Source: Tubulanus polymorphus (Eukaryota; Animalia; Nemertea). Taken from it: 64,000 nucleotides of DNA. The notes below the pieces were generated by a model. The model saw nothing but the letters and a program-made list of their open reading frames with translations. It made no database searches and was not told where the DNA came from. The translations under genes and the position numbers were made by a program. The DNA lies in NCBI RefSeq assembly GCF_964204645.1, contig NC_134027.1:14478485-14542484 (forward strand). Reading direction: 5' to 3'. Shown piece by piece: positions 39,379 through 51,708 of this stretch; positions within the stretch are counted from its first letter, which is position 1; each line of letters begins with the position of its first letter.

Positions 39379-41116
39379 CATAGTTGCAAAGCAGCGATAA
39401 CGGGTTTCTGCCTTGCTGGAGGAGGAGCGCCCCCTAGGGGTCAGCTGATAACATGGCTATGTTGATTCACATGGGATACTACGCGAAAGTTTCTAATGTA
39501 CCAAGGTTAGGGGATATGACACCGAGAATAACGTAGATACGGTACTTTTACCATGCCCAAGTGGCCGGTAATTTGCCGGTTAGCATACTACTGAATTACA
39601 ATCGAAAAAAACTGATGCTAGAATGAGTTTTCAACATTAATGCCCCTAGTGGTTAGAATAGGAACTAATTATGTTAGGGATTCGTTGTATCTTATATCCA
39701 GGTACATGTATATCAATGTTCATAGATATCCCTTTATCCGCTTAGTAGCTATCAATGAAAATGCATTTCCAGCAAAATGTAGGTGGCGCTCCTGGAGAAC
39801 CATATAAGTTACCTACTTAAACCATACATAAATCCAAGAATCTTGAAAAGGGCTACTAACCACACATTGCAACCTCGATTCTATCGCCAACAGTTAAAGA
39901 CCTAGGAGCAAAAATCGTTGTTTTCACAGTCCCCTGGTGGCAGTTGTATGAACTAATCATGCAGGATGGCATATTACACACATGTCTTTGTTCTTATACC
40001 AAGTTTTGTGATTTTCATAATAAACAGACCGCATTAAATGCGAAAAATGGATGCTGAAATCAATTTTTCAATATTAACGCCCCTAGTGGTTAAAATGGGA
40101 ACTAATCATATAAGGGGTTCGTTTCGTTTAGTAACCAGGTACATGTGTATCAATTTTTAAAGAAATCCATTAGTACCCTTAGTCGATATAGATGAAAATG
40201 CGTATTCCAGCGTCTTATAGGTGGCGCTACTGGAGAACCATATGAGTTACATAGTTATACCATACATCAATAAAAGTGGCTTCGCAAGGGCTACTGATCA
40301 CTGTTGCAACCACGATTCTATCTCCAACGGTTAAGGAGCTAGGAGCAAAAGTCTCGTTAAAGAATTTGGGGCCCATTTTCGAGGCCGTAGAGCCCAAACG
40401 GTTAATCGTAGATAGGGCGTGCCACTGACTTTTTTAACCCCCGGGCTGTTATGAACAACTTTCGTGCTCGCCCGAAGCTGAAAGTCAAAGACAAAAGATT
40501 TTCTCACACAGTAACTTTTCGATGTCATATTTTAAGGTACCTGTGTTCCGTACATCTCACAAAAGTAAATCCGTCAAGGAATATTGTAATGCTAGCAGAA
40601 GAATATAGTCATCCAGGCTCTCGCTGCATTCATTAGCTCTATCCAGGGAAGTTACTGCAAGGATGCTATTGCTTGTACGTACGTATATACGGCACAAACA
40701 AGGCTATAAAAATTCCTCAGTTGCGTTCACTCGAGAATGTCCTATTTCAACGGCAAAACAATCGACTCGTAGAGTGATAAAAATACTTTTTACTACTGAT
40801 CTAGAACAGGGCTCTCTATCACTGCATATACGGATACGCACTCAAATACACGTACTGCGGCACTGTGGGAATAAGACACGTAGGCAATACACATACGTAG
40901 CTGGATACTGTTTGAATCGGGCTTAAATTTCGATGTTTAGAGGTTCACAGCGAGTAAACAGTGGCATTCTGATTAATATTATATACAGTATTTGTCAATG
41001 CAGCATAGTACTTGTGATACAGAATGGTTTCGCCGACAGTGAAAGTAAGTTGCGGTTGTTTTATCCTTTCAGTAAGATCCAGTGCGAAAAAGAAAATAAT
41101 AATAATAATAATAATG

Positions 41117-41200
<84 letters not shown>

Positions 41201-41250
41201 CATCATCAGGAATACAATAGGGTTTCTGCGAAGGCAGCAGAAACACTAAT
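39379..41250 (+). mobile_element. Related hairpin-ended non-autonomous element with a different interior
   Basis: Starts ATAGTTGCAAAGCAGCGATAACGGG, has an internal ~435-bp duplication (about 39640 vs 40078), and ends in (AAT)n at 41096-41200 plus a TAGGGTTTCTG...CAGAAACACTA stem-loop. Confidence 0.6.
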
Positions 41251-41309
41251 AATCACGCGAATTTCAATAGGGTTTTCTGTGAAGAAACAGAAAACCATAA
41301 AAATAGTGA

Positions 41310-42623
41310 TGTTCCAATTGAAAAAACTTTGGATGATTTCGGTATAACAGAAACAAAATTAGCGTCAGATAATAATGGTGCTTTAAACGATATTACTACA
41401 AACAATAATTATGAATATTATCTTTATTGCAAACATCAATAAGAAATATTAATGTAAAAGTTTTATTAGTAAAAATTGAACTTATAATGAATTAGATACA
41501 ATGAAATCAGATGAAATTATTAAATTATTTAAGATTTATGAAACTGCGAGAAAAGCTAGAACTTATGATGCGATATAAGAAAATGTAGTAAAAGGTTATA
41601 TTAAATTATGTAATTATATGCTGCCAATTCAAGATGAAAATAGATTATATTCCGATTTAAAAAATGATTTTTTAGTTATGACCGAATTAAATAAATGGAT
41701 TGGATATTTATCATTTCAATTAGGTGGATTTATGACGCTATTATCAACTGGAGTTACAACATTTTTTAATATTGAAAGTAAAAATTTTTCTACAATGAAT
41801 GATCGAAGTTTAAGAGGTGAAAGAATTAACTGTGAAGAAAACCGAGAACTCAGAAACAAATTGAATGGTCTCGGCAATTAGGAATTAAATCACAGGAATA
41901 TAAAAAAGCTGTAAAAGAAGAAATAAGTAATAAAAATGTTAATAAAAATGGTGAAAATATTGTTATTTCTACTCCTTCTAATAATAGAATATTTGATAAA
42001 TATCTATATTTTGCAACTGGATTTGTAATTGTATTCATTTTGATTGGGTGTAGTTGGTATAATAAATCAAATAAAATTTATGATATTAATAATTCTGAAA
42101 CTACTGCTATCAAAAATGAAAATACTTCTGAAATTCCAAAATTCACAATAAAAAAAATGTATTAATATTTTAGAAAAAAGCAAAAAATTTTATTTTAATA
42201 ACTACTTTTGTCTATCTACGCGGAGCAATTGAATTGTCCAGATAAGTCATTTCGGATTCTTGATATTCATTTTTTTAAATTATTTTATTTCTTAATTATT
42301 TAATCAACAACTTCTAAATCATGATGCCCGTCTTCATTTTTCCCATGTTAAATTATTTTAAATCCTTCATAATCTTTAAATTCCTCTGTACTCAATGCAA
42401 CCCATTTATCAGGTAAAAATACTTTAAATTCTCGCGTTGTACTAACATTACAGTAGCTTAAATTTGCTGTTACTTTCTCTCCATATTTAGTTTTTCTTTT
42501 CTAATTTCAATATTTTGTGTTCCATTTCTTTTGTAACATCGACTAACTTTTTATTTCAAATTGTTTTTTTGTTGGTTTTATTCTGTTATATATTGTTGCT
42601 AAGAGCGCTTTTCTATCTCCCAT
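41310..42623. mobile_element. Diverged Polinton relic (related family)
   Basis: Plus-strand decayed homologues of the 200-aa ORF (YEYYLYCKH; LPIQDENRLYSDLKNDFLVMTELNKWIGY) and the 122-aa ORF (RSEKQIEWSRQLG-like); the GTCCAGATAAGTCATTTCGGAT block; a minus-strand homologue of the 49013 ORF (KYGEKV...FKVFLPDKW...GKNEDGHHDL). Confidence 0.8.
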
Positions 42624-44329
42624 TTATTATGGGGAAAAATTACTTATGGTGATGAGTGGTGTGTCGCCCTCTCGCCCTCTGGTACGAAACCCCACTTTTA
42701 CAATTACTGCTACCATTGGCTGCCTAAATAAACATTGCCTAAAGCCTGAAAACAAATTTCTAGCAACTCCCCATTGTTTTGATGAAAGCAGGGCCACCCC
42801 CTGTTGTAGACTAACATCATCTTGAAAGTAATAGTAGTATCCTATTTGATTATTGCCTCTGAAATGCATGGCAACAATGTCGTGATGATATTTAGAATTA
42901 GTATTAATTTTCACAAGTGTGTTAATATGTAAGCAAACTTTTAACCAAAATAACTTTATTTTGAGGAATTTTTTTTCAGATTTTCTTTTACGCAAGTGCT
43001 CTTTGAATCATAGAAATTCTGAGTGAAAATGATTCATTTTTAATTTTTGATGATTCTTAATAAGCCAATGAGTATAAACCAACTGAGTTGATGGTTTCAA
43101 TCTCAATCGTTGTAGTCAACATGGGGATTGATAATTTTGTTGTGAAATTGGACTGGGGGATTTCTACATTGAGGAACATTTACTTTATGAGGATCTTTAC
43201 TTAATGGAAGTTTCACTGGGGGAACTTACCTACATTCCTATCATCAATTATTCAGAATATTCATAAATAAAACTAGTAGTACTATATAGCTTAAATATTT
43301 TATTTGACGCACAAGCTTCATCAGCTGAGAGACTATTAACACGGCATCTCAACGAATCTTCAGAATTTTCATAATCCCCTAAATTCTGAGTGATTGAAAA
43401 AGTAAAAAAAAAGAGAGTCAATTTATACTGTCATTTCAATAAATGCAGCATGTTTAGTATAATCTCTGAATTTATAGGCTATTATATCACACAAATGAAA
43501 ATCAAAAGGAAGAGTAGCCTATGATACCAGTAAAAATTAATGTAATTTCACGTACGATAGTTTCTAGTGGCGTAGTAACTGTTGCAACTGAGGTCTATAG
43601 ACATATATTACAGCAATCACAAGAGTTAGTTGAATCGGATAAAATTTATAGTTAGTGTTTTACGTATTAATTAGATATTTGCAATATCCTTGATCCAGTT
43701 CCACAGTTTCGAATTAGATTTCACTCTTGGTTTACAATAAGCTCATTTTCAATGAGTTAACTACGATTAAATCTGAACAAATAACCAGGAGAGAATCGTG
43801 GACGCAAACTATTTCAAGACTTGAATTTTGCTGTATTACGAATTTCCCTTTTCCTATTTTTCAGTATGTCTCTGTTTTCTGATATATTCATTGATGTCAG
43901 CTCTATTAATTCATCAGAGGAGATGGCAACAAAGTGGTAGTGGTAATACAGCAAAACGACTTCAATCATCAAATCTGAGTGAATCTCGTACTCCGTGAGT
44001 TTCTTTAAAGGGTTTTTCAGAAACTGTCAATTTTGATGTTGCATTAAGTTCTCTTCACCGGTAACCCAAAAATTTCTTTATTTTCTTTTTTGAAGGCCAT
44101 ATAATGGAAATATTTCTGGATGGCACATCAGCAAAGATCTGCGCAAAAATGGCACAATAAATTAGCTATGATTGGTCTGAAGGATTTGTAACAAATGGAT
44201 TCCACAATTGTTTCAAATATTTTTCATTCATATTTCGTACATTTTTATCTTTTGAATGAATATATAATCATATTTAGAATGGATTTGATGCATTTCAGTT
44301 ATTTATGGTTTTCTATTCCTATTCATGGA

Positions 44330-44930
44330 AGTAATAGGGTTATGGGCTTTCAAGCCAAAGGTCGAACGGTTGAGCTCATTAAAAAACAAAACATTAAAAG
44401 TAATTTAAAACTATAATATATTTTCATAACCGTGTGTATTTTATATCATAACTAAATATTTATTCTGAGATATCAATAATTTAAATTTTAAATGCATATT
44501 GTATTAAATCAATTGGTCGCTCCACTTCGCTACCGCTCCGCTCCGCGACCAATTGATTTATTACAATACACAAATTCATAATCAAATATATTTTAATAAT
44601 AATAATTATTCTATTATTCAACTGAAATACACACGGTTATGAAAATATATTATAGTTTTAAATTACTTTTAATATTTGTTTTTAATGAACTCGACCATTC
44701 AACCTTTAACCTGAAAGCCCATTACCCCTATTACTCTTAAAATAATCATGTACATAAATAACATTTAAATTGACAGATTATTCAATATAAAAGTATATAT
44801 TTACAACATTATTTCAATATTCATATTTGTATGAGTTAGATTTTTAAACATTAAAAGTGTTAGTAAAGTGTGATTGAAATAATACATGATATAAATCATT
44901 GAACTTCTAAAATCAATTTTAATAAAAAAA
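44330..44930 (+). repeat. Left TIR; its first 406 bp (44330-44735) form an imperfect palindrome
   Basis: Reverse complement of 63274-63871; AGTAATAGGG...CCCTATTACT, symmetric around the loop at 44521-44544. Confidence 0.95.
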
Positions 44931-44942
44931 TTTAGTATTAAA

Positions 44943-47900
44943 ATGGAAGCAAATAAGTACTACTGTTCAACATGTAATATCAACATACATAAATCCCAAA
45001 AAGCAAGACACAATAAAACTAAAACACATTTAGAGAATAAATTGAAATTAGAATATGAAGATGATATATTAGAAACTAAATTAGATGAATTAAAGAATGA
45101 AAAAGAAACATACAAATGTGATACATGTAATCAATCATTCAGTGATTAAAGATATTATAAAGAACATTTAAAATCTAAAAGTCATATTAGAAATAAGAAT
45201 AATGATATTTTAGGTGAAGATTATTTTGATAAAGATAATGATAAGAAACAGAAGACAATTAAAAACATAAAAAATAAATTAAACAATAAAAGACCATACA
45301 TGGAAGATGTAAGAAATTATATTAATTCATTGGATAATAAAAAAGATATAGAGATAACCGAAGCATTTTAAAGTGATATTGGCCCAGCAGCTATCGAGTT
45401 TAAATATCATAAAGGAAAAACATTAGAAGAAAATAAAAAACATTTAAAAAATATGAAAGAAATAATAAAAATAATAACTGATGTTGAATACCCTAAAATT
45501 AGTATATCTTCTAAAGTTAAATTCATAAAATCTGAAGATAAACCAATATATAATATAAATTCTCATTCACAACATATTATTTCAAAACAACATATAGATG
45601 ATAGATTAGATAAATGTTATAATGAAGTAAAAACTAAAATAGAAGAGAAATATTTTGAAGGATCTGGTTTAATATTTGATGAAATAATATTTATGACTTT
45701 ACATGTTTATAACACAAAATATAATAAGTTAACTAAATCAAAACCAATTGATGAAAATAATGTATCACATTATAAAGAACCAGATATTGAAGCATCGAGT
45801 TATATTAAACTACCATTTAAAACTAATGCTGTAATAAATGTAAAAAATGAAGATGATAAATGTTTTCTATGGGCTATAATAAGTTGTTTACACCCAGTTG
45901 AAGATTATAAACAACATAGTTTTAGATTAACTCATTATAAACCATTTGAAAATAATTATAAGATAGATAAGTATCCTGTTATAATTAAAAACATCCCAAA
46001 AATAGAAAGAGATAATAATATAAAGATAAATTTATTTGATTTAATCAAATTACCAAATACAAAAGGTAACAATGTAAAACATTATACATTAGAACCTTTA
46101 TACCTATCAAAAGATTATGATTCAAATGATGTTATAGATATACTATATTATGAGAATCATTATATGTGGATTAAACAAATCGATTTATTTTTTAAATCAG
46201 AAAATGATCACCATAAAATATATCTTTGTAGAAAATGTTTACATAGATTCAGTAATGAAAGTACATTATTAAATCATAAACAATTATGTGAAAATCATGA
46301 TTATCGTAAATTATTTTTACCAAATGAAAAGGATAAAATATTATAATTCAAAAAATATGATTACAAAAATAAAGTACCATTTGTTATATAGGGAGATTTT
46401 GAATCATTAAATAAAGAACTAACTGATCAAGATAGAAAAGAAATATATTATAAAAGAAAGAAATTAAATTCTAATGAAAATGATTTTTCAGATGAACCAC
46501 CAATAACAAATACAATTAAAAAGATTCATCAATCAGCTGCTGCTTTCGGGTTATATATTAAATCTGATTATCCAGAACTAATTGAAAGTGAATATTATGA
46601 TTATAGAAATGAAAATGTTATCAATCATTTTTGTGACTTATTAATTGAATATGAAATAAGATTTAGTAAATTATTGAATACAAAAATAGAAATTATAATG
46701 AAAGAAGAAGATAAAGAAGAATTTGCGTTTGCAGATAAATGTTATTATTGTGAAAAGATATTTAATTTTAGAGATAAAAAAGTAAGAGACCATGATCATT
46801 TGAACGGAAAGTTTAGAGGCGCTGCACATGAGAATTGTAACTTACAAGCTAAGAAAATTAACTTTGTACCAGTTATATTTCATAATCTATCAGGATATGA
46901 TGCGCATTTATTCATCAAACAGTTATGCCATAAAATAGAAGAAATCAATAATGAATTAGAAAGATTAAATTCAAATAGATCAAAAGATAAAATACCAACT
47001 TATAAATTTAGAATGTTAGCTAAAACATCTGAGAATTATATATCATTCCAATTTGGTTGCCTAAGATTTATAGATTCATATAGATTTTTAAATAGTTCAT
47101 TAGATAACTTATCAAAATCATTAGTTGATGATGAATTGAAAATATTAAAACAACACTACCCAAATAATGATGATTTTCAATTAATGAGATACAAAGGCGC
47201 AATTCCATATTCATTTTATAAGAATCATAATGATTTTAACATAACTGAATTATTAAAAGAACAATTTTATGATGAATTAAAAAATGAATATGTTAAAGAT
47301 GAAGTATATAATAGAACATTGAATATTTGGAATCATTTCAAAATAGAAAATCATGGACAATTAGTAGATTTATATCTAAAATCAGATGTATTATTATTAA
47401 CCGATATATTCGAAAGGTTTAGAGATGTAAACCTAAAATATTTTAACATTGATCCTTGTCATTGTTATTCATCACCAGGATTAACATGGGATTGTGGATT
47501 AAAATTTACAGATATAAAAATGGATTTGTTAACAAATATAGATCAATTACTATTATTTGAAAAATCTATAAGAGGAGGTGTTTCAGGTGTATTAGGTGAT
47601 AGATATTTCAATGTAAATGATAACCCTGGATATAAGTTATTATATATAGATGCAAATAATTTGTATGGTTGGGCAATGATGGAACCACAACCTTATGGAG
47701 TATTTGAATTAACTGAAGTTTTACAGAATGAAAATAATGATAAATTTGATTGGAAGAAAAGAATCCTAGATATTGCAGATGATTCAGATACTGATTACTT
47801 CTTTGTTGTAGACTTGGAATATCCTGAAGATAAAAAATTTAAATCTAGAAATCTAGCTTACTGTCCAGAACATAAAACTGTAACTCATGAAGAATTATCG

Positions 47901-48983
47901 AATTACCAAAAAAGAATTAAACCTGAAAATCACATTCATACAGAAAAGTTAATGGTAACTCAAGAAGATAAATATAATTATGTAGTACATTATAGAATGT
48001 TAAAGTTTTATTTGAATCAAGGAATGGTTCTAAAAAAAGTACATAGATATATTTCATTTAGTCAATCTAAGTGGTTAGAAAAATATATAGATTTTAACAC
48101 CAAACAGAGAACTAAAGCTAAAACTGATTTCGAGAAAGATTTCTTCAAGTTAATGAACAATGCATTCTATGGTAAGACTTGTGAAAATATTAGAAATAGA
48201 AATGATATTGAGTTAGTCAGCAATGGTAAAAGAATTAGACATTTACAATCATATCCTAAGTTCATTGGTAACAGAATATTTGATGAAAATTTAGCCGCAG
48301 TTAAAATGAGAAGAACATCAATGAAATTTAATAAACCAATCTATGTTGGCGCATCAGTTTTAGAATTATCAAAATTACTAATGTATGAATTCTATTATAA
48401 TGTATTACAACCACTTTTTGGAGAAAAACATATAGAAATCTTATATTTTGATACCGATTCTTACATATTAAAGATAAAAACTGATAACATAACTAATGAT
48501 TGAAAAACATTAAAACATCATTTTGATTTTAGTAATTATCCTAAAGATCATGAATTGTTTAGCAATGATAATAAAAAAGTTCCCGGTAAATTCAAAGATG
48601 AATTAGGTGGTGAAGAAATGATTGAATTCATCGGTATTAGATCTAAAATGTATTCATATAAAACTAAAGAACATGAAGCTAAAAAGTTAAAAGGAATAAC
48701 CAAAAGTGTAGTAGAAAAGAATATTCATTTCAAAGATTACATCAATTGTATATTCAATGAAGAAGTTAGAAAACATAAGATGAGATGTTTAAGATCTGAA
48801 GATCATGAAATGTTTATTGAAGAAATTGAAAAGATAAGTCTAAACCCATTTGATGATAAAATATATATTTTAGATGATGGAATTCATACAGTTGCTTATG
48901 GTTGTAATTTAGATGAATACCTAAAATTTAAAAGAGAAGAAACAAAAGAGAACGAGATAATGAAAAGAATTCTAACGTGTTAA
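44943..48983 (+). pseudogene. Protein-primed family B DNA polymerase (pPolB): one 1346-codon frame with five in-frame stops
   Basis: All ORF pieces share one frame; stops at 45147, 45369, 46344, 46389 and 48501. Motifs: C2H2-like fingers, NEDDKCFLWAI...HY, GDFES, RDHDHLNGKFRGAAHENCN, FHNLSGYDAH, DANNLYG, KLMNNAFYGK, YFDTDS. Confidence 0.95.
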
Positions 48984-49012
48984 TCAAATTTTCATAAAAA
49001 TATGTTATTAAA

Positions 49013-49376
49013 ATGGAGAGTAAACAAACACACAGTGAGAACAACAAATTATTTCTAGATAGAATTAAAGATATAACAAATGTAAAATCTGTAGATTATA
49101 AATTCAAAAAGTTAACAGAATTAAAAATTCATAAGAAATATCTAATTACAAATATTGATACAGTTACTAATAACTATGGAGATAAATTAGTTATACACTT
49201 AGAATATGAAGGATTAAAAGGAAATACATATAAATTCAGAACATATTTACCGGATAGATTTCATAGATTATCAAGTGAAGACTTAGAAGAATTATGTTCT
49301 GGAGATTTCTGGAGATTTCTAATTCGTATACAAAGGTAAGAATGAGAAAGGGCACCATGAAATAGATTTCGAATAA
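49013..49376 (+). pseudogene. Small conserved protein (~117 aa) frameshifted by a 10-bp duplication
   Basis: TTCTGGAGAT is duplicated at about 49297-49316; removing it gives ...SGDFLISYKGKNEKGHHEIDFE*. Homologue at about 42290-42623. Confidence 0.7.
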
Positions 49377-49411
49377 GAAAATATGTAAAATAATATAATA
49401 AAATAATATAA

Positions 49412-50154
49412 ATGGTAGAATTAAAAGAATATAGAATATTTGTTGATTCTAGAAAACTTACAAATTATAAACCTCATAATTTACTAGTACAATTAGATAG
49501 AGAATTTAAGAATTGTGTTGATTTAAAATTAGTTAATATAAGTTTATGTAATTCTTTTTATAATGTATCGGATAAAAGTTTTGATCATAGATTGTTTATG
49601 ATTCATGATAGAAATATGGATAAATGGTATCATCTATTTCTAAGACCAGGATTATATAATTTAGAAACATTATCTCAAGAGCTCGGTTAAAAGTGGGTGA
49701 ATCTGTTGGGTTTAACATTAAATTTAATAAAATTGATAGTACTAATAAAATAAGAATAAAGTTAACTAATGAACAATATAAATTCATAGTAACAAAACCA
49801 TTAGCTGAAATGCTAGGAGTTATTCCAAATAAAGTTTATTCAAATGTTGATACTACGCCAAATATAGTACCTTTTACGCACTTCTATATTTATTGTAATT
49901 TAATTGATCCTACAAAAACATTCGAAGCAACTAAAGATACAATTTGTAATTCTGGTTTATTAAATGTTTTACCATTAAAAAATGTTAAACAATTTGGAAC
50001 TCAAATAAATTATAATTTAACTGAATGTGATTTCAAACCTTGTATTCCACATTTCAATAATTTTAAATTAGAAATAAGAAATCATAATGGATATTTAATT
50101 GATTTGAATAACTTTCCTGTGATATATGAATTAGTTATAAGATGTAGAGAGTAA
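49412..50154 (+). pseudogene. Putative minor capsid (penton-like) protein, frameshifted
   Basis: LVNISL.NSFYNV, LRPGLY, FYIYCNLI, LEIRNHNGYLIDLNNFPVIYELVIR: a pattern typical of Polinton penton proteins. Confidence 0.6.
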
Positions 50155-50170
50155 TTTTTTCACTATATAA

Positions 50171-50512
50171 ATGAATATAACTGTTGGACCGAGTATATGT
50201 TTTGGGTTTGATTTTAAACGTGAGAAAGAAATGAAATTTAACGTTAATGATGTAATTACACATATCAAAAATATTGCATTTTCTAATGAAACAACATTTG
50301 AGAATGAAACAACAATAAATAAAGAAACTTTAAATGTAGAAAAGATTACTAATTTAATTAGAGAATCTTTAAGATTTTATGAATTAGATGAAGATTTTAT
50401 TAGATGATATTAAAAAAATAATAATTGAAATATATGATAATCATAAAAGTAGTAATGAAATAAATGTTGAATTAATCATCACTAAGATAACTAAATATTT
50501 TGATGATAGTAA
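50171..50512 (+). pseudogene. Hypothetical protein, frameshifted
   Basis: T6-N7-TAAATG start; the ORF breaks at 50407 and coding-like sequence continues to about 50512. Confidence 0.5.
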
Positions 50513-50528
50513 TTTTTTTGATAAATAA

Positions 50529-50791
50529 ATGAGTGATAATAAGTGGATAATAACTGGATTATATAATGAAGCATTACTATCAGTTGGAACTGTTGGTTAT
50601 TCAATGGTATTAAAAAAAGTATTTAAAATGGGAAGTGTTAATGTTGATAGATTTGATATCAATGATATTTTAAGATGGGAAGTGTTAATGTTGATAGATT
50701 TGATATCAATGATATTTTAACATTAGCAGTTACTTTATCTAATTTAACTATTGATTATTTAGAAAAACAAAAATATATTCCTCCCATATAA
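50529..50791 (+). pseudogene. Small hydrophobic protein (~71 aa) broken by a 47-bp tandem duplication
   Basis: ATGGGAAGTG recurs at 50628 and 50675; removing one copy restores a 72-codon ORF ending DYLEKQKYIPPI*. Confidence 0.65.
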
Positions 50792-50815
50792 ATGCATAAT
50801 TATTTTACTAAATAA

Positions 50816-51237
50816 ATGGCTTCTGCAGTTATAACTATTATAGGATCGGCAATTGTTAACGCTTTAGCATTTACTGGTGGTGGTTATCTGTTTAAACATA
50901 TTGATAAAAATGGATCATTAACAGAACAAGATAGACATAACTTAGCATTAGAAAAATACAATAAAGCAGCGGAAGAATACAGAGAAAAGAGGCAAACTAT
51001 ATGGATTACATCAATAAAGAATTATATGATCAGAAGATTTCACATAGAGATTTTCAATCAGTTGATGAAGCAATGAGTTTATATAACGCGGTAACCAATA
51101 AAGAAAAATTACATCTATACAAACCTAAATTATCAGATTATTATATCCCAAGTAATGAACAGAAGAAATATGAAATAATTTGGATTTTAGGCGGAACAGT
51201 TATTGTTATATTTGTTGCTTATAAGTTTACTAATTAG
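50816..51237 (+). pseudogene. Membrane protein with N- and C-terminal hydrophobic helices, frameshifted
   Basis: MASAVITIIGSAIVNALAFTGGGYLF ... IIWILGGTVIVIFVAYKF across two overlapping ORFs. Confidence 0.65.
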
Positions 51238-51257
51238 TAATTTTTTTTGCTAAATAA

Positions 51258-51680
51258 ACGGAAGATAAAGTTGATAATATTGATATTATTCCTCATGATA
51301 TAAATAAAACTAAATTAAAAACATATTTAGAAAAACAAATATTAGAATTTGAAAGTGACTTAAAAGTTAAAAAGAAAAAATATTTAAAAAGTAAAATTAT
51401 ATATTATCTTATTATCAGTGGTTCGGTTACAATTAGTTCTGTAATAACATTTCTAGCAATATTCAGTCCATTAACACCTTTAGCTATATCAATTGGTGTA
51501 TTAGGATTAAGTTCAAGTGTTTTAACCGGTAAAAGTTCAAAATTAAATATAAAAAGTAATAAAGAAAAAATTAAAACTAATATAAAAGAAATTAATAAAT
51601 TAAAGAACACACTAGATTATATAATAAGTTTAAATGGCCATATAACAGTTGAAGAACAAGATAAATTATTAAAAGAATAA
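51258..51680 (+). pseudogene. 140-aa two-TM protein absent from the ORF track (start codon is ACG)
   Basis: T8-GCTAAA-TAAACG, then an open frame of 141 codons with IIYYLIISGSVTISSVITFLAIFSPLTPLAISIGVLGLSSSVL. Confidence 0.7.
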
Positions 51681-51708
51681 ATAAATTATTAATTTTTTAA
51701 TTATATAA

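Noticed and set aside
41024-41347. Poly-Asn protein
   Set aside because: Translation of an (AAT)n microsatellite in the tail of a repeat element.
44943-48983. Stop-codon reassignment or readthrough in pPolB
   Set aside because: The stops are a mix of TAA, TAG and TGA, and neighbouring genes carry frameshifts; neutral decay explains them.
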